From Candidatus Sumerlaeia bacterium (GTDB lineage Bacteria; Sumerlaeota; Sumerlaeia; SLMS01), in the NCBI GenBank assembly GCA_038208905.1, contig JBBQYG010000134.1, positions 1-11,551 of the forward strand: a DNA stretch of 11,551 nucleotides, in the 5' to 3' direction. Numbering within the stretch: the stretch's first letter is position 1; every line of letters starts with the position of its first letter. Of this stretch, positions 1 to 6,876 are shown in pieces. The translations under genes and the position numbers were made by a program. Below the pieces are notes generated by a model. It made no database searches, was not told where the DNA came from, and saw nothing but the letters and a program-made list of their open reading frames with translations.

Positions 1-75
1 GTGGCCGGGGAGATCGAGCGCTTCAAGCGCGAGCGCGAGCAGATGAAGCAGCGCGAGGCCGACAGGCAGCCCTAG
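1..75 (+). CDS. 3' end of an upstream gene (partial), charged helical C-terminus ...VAGEIERFKREREQMKQREADRQP*
   Basis: Frame 1 is open from base 1 to TAG at 73-75 with GC3-rich codons like the other real genes. Too short to identify. Confidence 0.7.
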   Translation: MAGEIERFKREREQMKQREADRQP

Positions 76-148
76 CCCGAATTTCCCACAGGCCTTTGCT
101 CCGGCATGGAATCATCCCGCCTGAAGATTTGCGAGAAATCCGGGCTGG
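72..148. mobile_element. MITE/REP-like short element with imperfect terminal inverted repeats
   Basis: 74-90 AGCCCGAATTTCCCACA versus the reverse complement of 130-146 AGCCCGGATTTCTCGCA (14/17), extending imperfectly to 72-97/123-148. Left end starts in CTAG, overlapping the upstream stop codon. Confidence 0.5.
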
Positions 149-413
149 CAGAGCCATTTCGTCAGCCCATCCCTCGGCAACCTGGAATTTTGGTCCGGCA
201 CGGAGTCCGTGTCCCTGTATCCCCTGACGCGGCTGAGCGCGGGGCCTCTATACTTGCCATGACGTTGGTGGAATGATGAGGCGAACAATGCTGGTTTAAT
301 TTAGCGAACTTGCCAAAATCGTTCGTTCCCGCGCGAAATGGGCCGCGCTTTTTTCTTGCCTGTGTCTCGCCCGCTCTGGCTCCATCGCAACAGCCTCTTG
401 CGGAGACGTTGTC

Positions 414-1562
414 ATGAGCAGTCGATCGCCCTTCCCGCGCAAAGTCGCCCTCTTGTGCGGGGGGCCCTCGACGGAATTTGTTGTGTCGCTCACCTCCGCA
501 CGGTGCGTGGCCCATGCGATCGACCGGCATCGCTATCGCCTGCGCGTGTTCTGCGTGATGGAAGACGGTAGCTGGGTGTGCCCCGAGGAGGAATGGGACG
601 GCCAGACGCTCCCCTCGCGGATCGAGAAGCTCTTCGACCTGCTGGACAATCCCGAGTACTGCCCCACGGGCTTCTTCAAGCGCCGCGCCCCCATCGACGG
701 CATCCGCCGCCTGTCGGAGTGGGGCTGTCACATCGCGCTGCCGATCATGCACGGCGCCTATGGGGAGGACGGGCGCCTTCAGGGCCTGCTCGACTTCCTC
801 CAGATTCCCTACGCGGGAAGCGGCGTCGCGGCCAGCTCGCTGGCGATGGACAAGCGCCGGACGCTGAACTTCCTCGGCTCCCACGGCATCCGCACGGCGC
901 GCCATATCATCCTGAGGGCCAACACGCCCCGCGCCCATCGCGAGGACCAACTTGCCGGCGCCGGCGGCCTTCTCAACTGGCCCGTGGTCGTCAAGCCGTC
1001 GCGCGGCGGCTCCAGCATCGGCACCGCGGTCGCGCGCGACATCGATGAACTCTATCGCGCCGTGACACGCGCCTTCGAGAGCGACACGGAGGTGCTCCTG
1101 GAGGAACACGTCTCCGGCACCGAGGTCACCTGTGGCGTGCTCGATTTGGCGGAGGGCTTTGGCGGGCGCATCGTGTGCCCGCCCACCGAGATCCGCCCGC
1201 GCAATGGGGGGTTCTTCAACTTCGACAACAAGTACCGCCCCGGAGCCACCGACGAAATCACCCCCGCGGAACTTCCCGAAGGCATCCTGAGTCGCATCCA
1301 GGCGACGGCGGAGAAGGCCCACGACCTGCTCGGGTGCCAGGGGATGTCGCGGTCGGACATGATTGTTCCAGAGGACGGCCAGCCCGTTTTCCTGGAGACA
1401 AACACGCTCCCCGGGATGACGTCAACTTCGCTCCTTCCCCAAGGCGCGGCAGCGATTGGCATCTCCTTCACCGCGCTGTTCACGGGCCTGATCGAGGGCG
1501 TCTTCGAGACGCTGATCGAGAAGGCGACGCGCGAGGAGGCAGGCGGCGCCGGGACAGGGTGA
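414..1562 (+). CDS. ddl: D-alanine--D-alanine ligase (ATP-grasp)
   Basis: Motifs LCGGPSTEFVVSL, MHGAYGEDGRLQG, SLAMDK, VVKPSRGGSSIG, LLEEHVSGTEVT, FFNFDNKY omega loop, ETNTLPGMT. GGAG ribosome-binding site upstream. Confidence 0.96.
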   Translation: MSSRSPFPRKVALLCGGPSTEFVVSLTSARCVAHAIDRHRYRLRVFCVMEDGSWVCPEEEWDGQTLPSRIEKLFDLLDNPEYCPTGFFKRRAPIDGIRRLSEWGCHIALPIMHGAYGEDGRLQGLLDFLQIPYAGSGVAASSLAMDKRRTLNFLGSHGIRTARHIILRANTPRAHREDQLAGAGGLLNWPVVVKPSRGGSSIGTAVARDIDELYRAVTRAFESDTEVLLEEHVSGTEVTCGVLDLAEGFGGRIVCPPTEIRPRNGGFFNFDNKYRPGATDEITPAELPEGILSRIQATAEKAHDLLGCQGMSRSDMIVPEDGQPVFLETNTLPGMTSTSLLPQGAAAIGISFTALFTGLIEGVFETLIEKATREEAGGAGTG

Positions 1563-1634
1563 CCGCCGAGCAACGGGACCCGGCCAATAGTTCTTGCTGG
1601 CACGCAGTTTCGCTAAAGCTTCAGCCGGCAAGCG

Positions 1635-1676
1635 GAAAAGCCCCGCGACGATTCATCCGTCGCGGGGTCTTTTCTT
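1635..1676. terminator. Intrinsic, probably bidirectional, terminator after ddl
   Basis: GAAAAG-CCCCGCGACG-attcatc-CGTCGCGGGG-T-CTTTTCTT: perfect 10-bp GC stem (1641-1650/1658-1667) with A-tract before and T-tract after. Confidence 0.85.
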
Positions 1677-1720
1677 GTCCCCAACCCCCCGCCGCGCCAA
1701 AAAGCAATTGCCAGCTTGCC

Positions 1721-1749
1721 GTGCCGCGGCTTGCATGAGGGGGTATACT
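1721..1749 (+). promoter_or_regulatory. Possible sigma70 promoter for the FHA-GGDEF gene
   Basis: TATACT at 1744-1749 just after the ddl terminator; the hexamer at 17-bp spacing (GTGCCG, 1721-1726) is a weak -35. Confidence 0.35.
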
Positions 1750-1783
1750 TACGAAGATAATCCCCGAACCGGCGCCCTGGCTC

Positions 1784-2767
1784 GTGAACCTCGATTCGAC
1801 CGAAGACAAACGCAAACTCTCGGCGATGGACACCCACGCGCAGGACCAGGGCGAGGTGGAACTCTCCGTCCCGGAGTCTTCCGCCGTCCGCCCCGTCCTA
1901 ATGATCTTCGACACGAACAAGCTGCACGAGTGGTACATGATCGTCCAGGAGGAGACGCGCATCGGGCGCGATCCCGAGGTGGACATCCTCCTGAACGACG
2001 ACGCGATTTCGCGCATTCACGCCCGCATCGTTTTCGAGAACATCGACCGCCCGCTTGAGGAACCACGCTGCGTCCTGGAGGACAACGACAGCCGCAACGG
2101 CACCTACCTGAACGGCAAGCGCGTGTCCCAGCCCACCCTCCTGCGCAACGGAGACCGGGTCTTCATTGGTTCGACCTGCCTGGCGTACTTCGTCCGCACG
2201 GAGCTGGAGATCAACTCCGACCAGAAGTTGCGCTCTCTCGCGACGACGGACGCTCTGACGGGGCTCGCAAACCGAGGCTTCATGGCGATCGAGTTCCAGC
2301 GCGAGTACGACCGCTCGAAGCGCTACCGCCGCCCGCTCTCCTTGCTGATGCTGGATCTGGACAACTTCAAGAAGATCAACGACACCTATGGCCACACAGT
2401 CGGGGATCAGGTGCTGGAACAGTTCGCCCGCGTGGTGATGGGGAAGACCCGGGTTCACGACATCGCCGCGCGTTATGGCGGCGAGGAGTTCGCGATCCTT
2501 CTTCCAGAGACCAGTCTGCAGGGCGCGCTCGTCATCGCGGAGCGCCTGCGCAAGACGGTGCAGAACCACGAGTTCCAAACCAAGGGACCCCGCCTACGCC
2601 TGACCGTCAGCATCGGTTTGGCGGAGATCGACTATTTGAGCGAGACGCGAATGACGGACTTGGTGGATCAGGCGGACGAAGCGCTGCTGCGCGCCAAGCG
2701 CGAGGGGAAGAACCGCGTCTGCGTCTGGGGCGTGGAGACCAACTCCCGCGGTGAAACGGTAACCTGA
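1784..2767 (+). CDS. FHA-domain diguanylate cyclase (N-terminal tail-FHA-GGDEF)
   Basis: FHA motifs IGR, ISRIHA, SRNGTYLNG, GDRVFIG. GGDEF motifs DALTGLANR, DLDNFKKINDTYGH, GD, RYGGEEF (2477-2491) and I-site RVHD (2450-2461). GTG start at 1784; alternative ATG at 1826. Confidence 0.95.
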   Translation: MNLDSTEDKRKLSAMDTHAQDQGEVELSVPESSAVRPVLMIFDTNKLHEWYMIVQEETRIGRDPEVDILLNDDAISRIHARIVFENIDRPLEEPRCVLEDNDSRNGTYLNGKRVSQPTLLRNGDRVFIGSTCLAYFVRTELEINSDQKLRSLATTDALTGLANRGFMAIEFQREYDRSKRYRRPLSLLMLDLDNFKKINDTYGHTVGDQVLEQFARVVMGKTRVHDIAARYGGEEFAILLPETSLQGALVIAERLRKTVQNHEFQTKGPRLRLTVSIGLAEIDYLSETRMTDLVDQADEALLRAKREGKNRVCVWGVETNSRGETVT

Positions 2768-2774
2768 AACCCTT

Positions 2775-3215
2775 CTACTTGCTTGTGGTCGGCGGCACGA
2801 GCCTCTGGTCCACGCTGTAGGCGCGCGCGGCCTTGTTCGTGTGGATGATGAACGTTCGGTCGTCGTCCAGAAAGACAATGTCGCGGAACTTCTCAGTGGC
2901 GGCGAGCTTGATCTCCAAGAGGGATCGAAGGCCGCCATCCAATCGCACCCACACTGTGAAGGCGTTCTGCGTCTGGACGATGAAGGCCGGGCGCTCGGGA
3001 AACGGGAAGACCTTTATCACGGAATCGTTGGTGGACGAGGGAAGGACCTGATTGATATAGTAGCTGGACCATTGGAAGGTGGGCGCGGTTGCGGCGGTTG
3101 TGCTCTGGGCCTGTGCGGTGGGGGCCTCGCGTAGGAGGACGACGGCCCCAAGAACGACGACCGCGATCACGGCGAGCAGGGGGCGCGAGTAGGTGGCCAG
3201 CGGGAGACGGGACAT
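2775..3215 (-). CDS. Exported or membrane-anchored hypothetical protein, 146 aa, beta-rich with a two-fold internal repeat
   Basis: ATG at 3215 with GGAGG 9 nt upstream (better than the ORF-track start at 3266). Hydrophobic LLAVIAVVVLGAVVLL then AQA|Q possible signal peptidase I site; Thr/Ala linker. Confidence 0.8.
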   Translation of the reverse strand: MSRLPLATYSRPLLAVIAVVVLGAVVLLREAPTAQAQSTTAATAPTFQWSSYYINQVLPSSTNDSVIKVFPFPERPAFIVQTQNAFTVWVRLDGGLRSLLEIKLAATEKFRDIVFLDDDRTFIIHTNKAARAYSVDQRLVPPTTSK

Positions 3216-3359
3216 CGGCAAGTTCCTCCGGGAGTGGCCGGGCTGAAGCGGGGCAACGGGCGGCATTGCCGTGGTTCGGGGCGCTGGCCGAAGGGGGCCG
3301 CGAATCCCGCCCGGGTGTCAATAACGAAGCGGGACAAGCCACGGATCGGACCGGTCGCC

Positions 3360-3388
3360 TTGCCGATTCCCCTCGCCGGACCCATACT
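3360..3388 (+). promoter_or_regulatory. sigma70-type promoter for the beta-propeller gene
   Basis: TTGCCG (3360-3365), 17 bp, CATACT (3383-3388); 75 bp upstream of ATG 3464. Confidence 0.55.
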
Positions 3389-3463
3389 TGTGGCAGTAAT
3401 AGCCTGCAGGTCGCCTTGGAGGGCGGCGCGCGGATACCACGGAACCAGAGAGAGGGAGATCGC

Positions 3464-4702
3464 ATGGGGGCTTCGGGAGGAGTGAACAGGGGTATACAGC
3501 GGATTGCCAGGGCGCTCGCGGCGCTTACCGCGGCGGCGGTGGCGATTCCCGCGGGGGCGGCGCCGAACCAACGGCTCGATTATCTGGGATTTCTCCAGCA
3601 GGGCGACGACGGCCTGATCGGACTCGATGCGGCGTACTCAAGCATCGTCTCCGCCGACGGCAAGTTCCTGTATGCCACGGCCACGGCATTCAACTGGGTC
3701 AGCGTATATGCCATCGATCCCGCGACGCGCCTGGTGAGCCAGATTCAGAAGATCAAGGCGAACCGCGACGACGACCCAGTGGGAGAGGAAGCCTTCACGG
3801 CACCGATCGATGGACTTCTGTCGCCCGACGGAAAGTTCCTTTATGTCCCCGCCTACTTCGGGCAGACGCTCTTCGTTTATTCCCGCGACGAGACGACAGG
3901 GCTGATCACGGAAGTGCAGCAGGGCCGCAGCCCCGCCGTTGGACAGGTGGGCTACCTTTCCCAGACCTCCGACGGCCTGTTCATGTTCGCGCCGGGCTAT
4001 GACACCAATACAATCTCCACCCTTTCGCGCAATCCCGTCACGGGATTCCTCGGCATCGTGGAGACGGTGAACCAAGGCGGGGTGCCAGTGGCCGACGCGC
4101 TCAATACTCCGGCGTTTTGCGCGGTTTCGCCCGACCAAAAGTTCCTCTACGTGGCCAACGACCTGGGAAACAGTGTCTCGTGGTTCTCCATCGATCCCAC
4201 CACCCGCCTTTTGACGTACCAGGGGGTCGTGCGCGACGGAGACCCGGGCGTGAACAACCTTCGCGACGCGCGCTGGATCGCCATCTCGGAGGACAGCCGA
4301 TTCCTTTATGTCACCGGGCTTCTGGACAACGCCATCAACGTGTTCGAGCGGAACACGACAACGGGGGCGCTGGCAATTCGGCAGTCGATTCGCGACGACG
4401 TGCGACTCGAGGCGGCCCGCTGCACGATCCTCTCTCCTGACAACTCGATCCTGATGGTGAACGGCTATTTCGGCAACACCACGATCCAGTTTCATCGCGA
4501 TGCCGGCACGGGCCTCCTCAGCGAGCTCGCCGCCTATCAGAACGACTACCAACCCGGCGCCCTTGGTCTGGTGGAAACCCGCGACATCAGCTTCTCACCC
4601 GACGGCACCCACGTCTATTTCGCCTCGTGGGGAAACATGGGCATCGGCACCTACAAGCTGAACTCGTATCTGGTTTCGACGGATACCTGGAGGCTGTATT
4701 GA
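3464..4702 (+). CDS. Secreted 7-bladed beta-propeller, lactonase (6-phosphogluconolactonase-like) fold family, 412 aa
   Basis: ATG 3464 with GGGAG RBS; Sec signal ...ARALAALTAAAVAIPAGA|A. Seven blade motifs: SADGKFLY, SPDGKFLY, TSDGLFMF, SPDQKFLY, SEDSRFLY, SPDNSILM, SPDGTHVY. Catalytic function is not established from sequence. Confidence 0.88.
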   Translation: MGASGGVNRGIQRIARALAALTAAAVAIPAGAAPNQRLDYLGFLQQGDDGLIGLDAAYSSIVSADGKFLYATATAFNWVSVYAIDPATRLVSQIQKIKANRDDDPVGEEAFTAPIDGLLSPDGKFLYVPAYFGQTLFVYSRDETTGLITEVQQGRSPAVGQVGYLSQTSDGLFMFAPGYDTNTISTLSRNPVTGFLGIVETVNQGGVPVADALNTPAFCAVSPDQKFLYVANDLGNSVSWFSIDPTTRLLTYQGVVRDGDPGVNNLRDARWIAISEDSRFLYVTGLLDNAINVFERNTTTGALAIRQSIRDDVRLEAARCTILSPDNSILMVNGYFGNTTIQFHRDAGTGLLSELAAYQNDYQPGALGLVETRDISFSPDGTHVYFASWGNMGIGTYKLNSYLVSTDTWRLY

Positions 4703-4765
4703 ACGGCGGGGATAGGCAGGGAAAAAATGGCGGCGCCTGCTGTTACTCGCTTTTCGCTGCCGTTC
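4701..4765. terminator. Long imperfect stem-loop between the convergent beta-propeller gene and phoU
   Basis: GAACGGCGG (4701-4709) pairs with CTGCCGTTC (4757-4765, one G-U); inner GCAGG (4716-4720)/CCTGC (4736-4740). No clean U-tract. Confidence 0.35.
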
Positions 4766-4792
4766 GCCGAATTTCCCGGCTTTTCCCGGCCT

Positions 4793-5467
4793 TCACGCCG
4801 ACTTCCGGTGGTTGCGGGCGTGGCGAAGTTCGCCGCGGGCGACGAAGATGACCTCGTGGGAGATGTCCACGGCGAGGTCGGCGATACGCTCCAGCGACTT
4901 GCTGACGCCGATCAGGTTGGTGGACTGGAAGATAAACTCGGGCGAGTCGCGGGCGATCTCGATGAGCTGCACGATCATCCGCGCGTTCATGTCGTCCACC
5001 AGGTCGTCGCGGTCGCGCATGGCGCTGGCCAAGGCCTCGTCCATGTCGCTGAGCGAGCGCACGGCATCGTCCCACATGGGGCGCACGAGTTCATACTGGC
5101 GTGGGATGTCCACGAAAGGCCGAATCGGCGGAAGCTCGGACAGCCGCACCGCCGTCTGGGCGATGTTGATGGAGACGTCGCCGACGCGCTCGATCGTGGC
5201 GTTGACGCGCAGCAGCGCGATCAGGGTGCGGAGGTCGCGGGCCACCGGCTGGTTGAGGGCCATCGCCTGGGTGATCAGTTCCTCGTGCTCGTCCTCGAGG
5301 CGGTCGAGCTCTTCGTCGCGGGCGATCACCTCCCGGGCCAGCAGCGCATCGCGCGCGCACAGCGCGGCCACGGAATCCCCCATGAGTCGGCCCGCCGTCT
5401 CGCCCATGCGGACGAGCGACTTCTTCAGGTGATCGACTTGTGATGTGAAGAAACCGCGCGTCTGCAA
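4793..5467 (-). CDS. phoU: Phosphate signalling complex protein PhoU
   Basis: Two PhoU repeats with acidic metal motifs DEELDRLE...QPVARDLR...ERVGD and DDLVDDM...LERIADLAVDI. Probable TTG start at 5467 (MQTRGFF, 224 aa); the ORF-track extension to 5587 looks non-coding. Confidence 0.93.
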   Translation of the reverse strand: MQTRGFFTSQVDHLKKSLVRMGETAGRLMGDSVAALCARDALLAREVIARDEELDRLEDEHEELITQAMALNQPVARDLRTLIALLRVNATIERVGDVSINIAQTAVRLSELPPIRPFVDIPRQYELVRPMWDDAVRSLSDMDEALASAMRDRDDLVDDMNARMIVQLIEIARDSPEFIFQSTNLIGVSKSLERIADLAVDISHEVIFVARGELRHARNHRKSA

Positions 5468-5616
5468 TGGGGGTCTCGCGGGGAGGAATTGCCAAAAGTC
5501 GGGCGGATGGAACGACAGTCCCGCGCCCAAGAGAATCGTGTCGCCCCTGAGCGGCCTCCAAAGCAACAACAATCTGGAACTATCCACAAAATGTCAAGAA
5601 ACTGGGGGATAACCTC

Positions 5617-5644
5617 TGGATTGCGACATTTGTGTGACAATCCA
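5617..5644 (-). promoter_or_regulatory. Pho-box-like site upstream of phoU, embedded in an inverted repeat
   Basis: Minus strand 5640-5623 reads TTGTCAC-ACAA-ATGTCGC (11-bp period, resembling CTGTCAT-N4-CTGTCAY). Also palindromic TGGATTGCGACA-tttg-TGTGACAATCCA. A perfect TTGACA lies on the minus strand at 5597-5592. Confidence 0.6.
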
Positions 5645-5852
5645 ACGGAGTCCGATATCGCGCGATTCGTGGGGGCTCGGGAGGCTCGCCCTCGCGCAGG
5701 CAGCAACGGACACCGGGCGAGAAAAACCACGTTATCGCTCCCGCCCACCATGCAGATTGAAAGGCTGCCGTGCATGGTGCCGCGATCCCTCGGTGGGCGG
5801 ACGCCAATGCACCGGTGGGCCGACGCGCGGAACTCTCCTCTTTCCAGTGCGC

Positions 5853-5861
5853 TGCGATAAT
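5853..5861 (+). promoter_or_regulatory. Possible extended -10 promoter for the Csp3-like gene
   Basis: TG-c-GATAAT about 80 bp upstream of ATG 5942; no good -35. Confidence 0.35.
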
Positions 5862-5941
5862 CCCGGCGAGCGCCGGGCGGTGGCCTTCGAATTGCTCTCT
5901 CGTCGAACAGCATCAGAAATACTTCGGCGGGAGGGCATCCC

Positions 5942-6280
5942 ATGCACGACGCAGCAACGGCAGCCATCAGGCGGACAGAAGAATGCGCAAATGCGTGCCT
6001 CGAGTGCTACAAGGCGTGTCTGGACCACCTGACCCATCATTGCATGGAGGTCGGTGGTCCCCACACGGAACCGGCACACGTCCGGCTGATGATGGACTGC
6101 ATCGAGATCTGTCGCGCTTGTGCGGACTTCTGCGTTCGGAACACCGCCAACCGCTTGGATATCGGCCCGGTCTGCGAGAAGATTTGCCGTGCCTGCGCCG
6201 AGCACTGCGAGCGCCTGACAGGGATGGAGAAGTGCGTTGCCGCGTGCCGCCGGTGCGCGGACACGTGCTTGGCCCTGTAG
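5942..6280 (+). CDS. Four-helix-bundle copper storage protein, cytosolic Csp3/YhjQ (DUF326) type
   Basis: 112 aa with 17 Cys in repeated CxxxCxxCxxxC helical patterns; GGPHTEPAHVRLMMDCIEIC signature; no Tat signal; GGGAGG RBS. Confidence 0.9.
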   Translation: MHDAATAAIRRTEECANACLECYKACLDHLTHHCMEVGGPHTEPAHVRLMMDCIEICRACADFCVRNTANRLDIGPVCEKICRACAEHCERLTGMEKCVAACRRCADTCLAL

Positions 6281-6283
6281 GGC

Positions 6284-6868
6284 CTACTTCAGGTTCCGCA
6301 GGACCGTGCGCAGGTAGTTCATCCGATCAAGCGCTACACGAATCCGCCGCAGCACCGCGACCGCCGCCGGGGAGTCGATTCCCCCCCCCACCGCGGCGTC
6401 GAACTCCGCGAAGAGGCCGAGCAGCTCCGCGTCGATTTCCGCGCGGGTCGCGAGGACCTGCGCCCGAAGCGGCCCGATACGCGCCTCCGCCGCGGCCAAG
6501 GCGGCCTCGTCGCCGGAAAGCCGCGCCTCGCGAAGCGACTCGCCGGCCTCCTGAATGTCGAACAGTTCTTCCAGCAGCGCGGGGGGCACGGCGTTCTTGT
6601 TGGATTCTATCCCCGTGCCCGACAGCGCGATCATGTAGTCGGCCCGCGCCAGGGGATCGCGCAGCGTCTTCCAAGCGTTGTTGAGGAGCGAGGAGCGGCG
6701 CAGGCTCTCCGCACGGGCGGCGTCGTCCGCGGTGGCGAAGAAGTCGGGATGCGTCTCGCGGGAGAGCGCGAGGAAGGTTTGCCTCAGCGACTCGGTATCG
6801 AGCCCCAGACGGGGCTCGATACCGAAGGCTTGGAAGTAGTTGGCGGTTGCGGCGGGGTGGGCAGGCAC
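6284..6868 (-). CDS. hscB: Fe-S assembly J-domain co-chaperone HscB
   Basis: NYFQAFGI...LSRETHPDFF (HPD motif)...SSLLNNAWKTLRDPLARADY, acidic helical C-domain; 8 bp downstream of iscA. GTG start. Confidence 0.93.
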   Translation of the reverse strand: MPAHPAATANYFQAFGIEPRLGLDTESLRQTFLALSRETHPDFFATADDAARAESLRRSSLLNNAWKTLRDPLARADYMIALSGTGIESNKNAVPPALLEELFDIQEAGESLREARLSGDEAALAAAEARIGPLRAQVLATRAEIDAELLGLFAEFDAAVGGGIDSPAAVAVLRRIRVALDRMNYLRTVLRNLK

Positions 6869-6876
6869 TGCGGGCG

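Noticed and set aside
281..328. GAAC/GTTC words upstream of ddl as a LexA box
   Set aside because: Spacing fits neither GAAC-N4-GTTC nor GTTC-N7-GTTC.
1212..1235. Ddl omega loop FFNFDNKY as a possible D-Ala-D-Lac (vancomycin-resistance) ligase signature
   Set aside because: The diagnostic residue after Lys (E. coli DdlB Tyr216; Phe in Leuconostoc-type D-Ala-D-Lac ligases) is still Tyr, and no vanH/vanX genes are adjacent.
162..1322. 386-aa minus-strand ORF
   Set aside because: Antisense shadow of ddl, typical of high-GC DNA; no motifs.
1598..1614. sigma54-like TGGCACGCAGTTTCGCT after ddl
   Set aside because: GG-to-GC spacing is 11 rather than the strict 10, and it points directly into the terminator.
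3293..3321. Perfect TTGACA on the minus strand (3321-3316) as promoter of the small exported protein
   Set aside because: No plausible -10 at 16-18 bp spacing (sequence there is GCCCCC).
3089..3463. ORF-track N-terminal extensions of the propeller gene (likewise phoU 5468-5587 and kinase 11237-11491)
   Set aside because: Low-complexity Arg/Gly/Pro-rich translations overlapping promoters or opposite-strand genes; better starts lie downstream.
4767..4777. CCGAATTTCCC shared with the MITE-like left end (77-87), and TAGCCCGG at 9707-9714
   Set aside because: Matches of 8-11 bp are expected by chance in 11.5 kb, and neither has a partner inverted repeat.
4727..5443. 238-aa plus-strand ORF, and similar overlapping ORFs across the GGDEF, propeller and kinase genes
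   Set aside because: Shadow or alternate frames of well-supported genes.
5791..5826. Direct repeat as a mini-CRISPR
   Set aside because: Only two 14-bp units with an 8-bp spacer and no cas genes.
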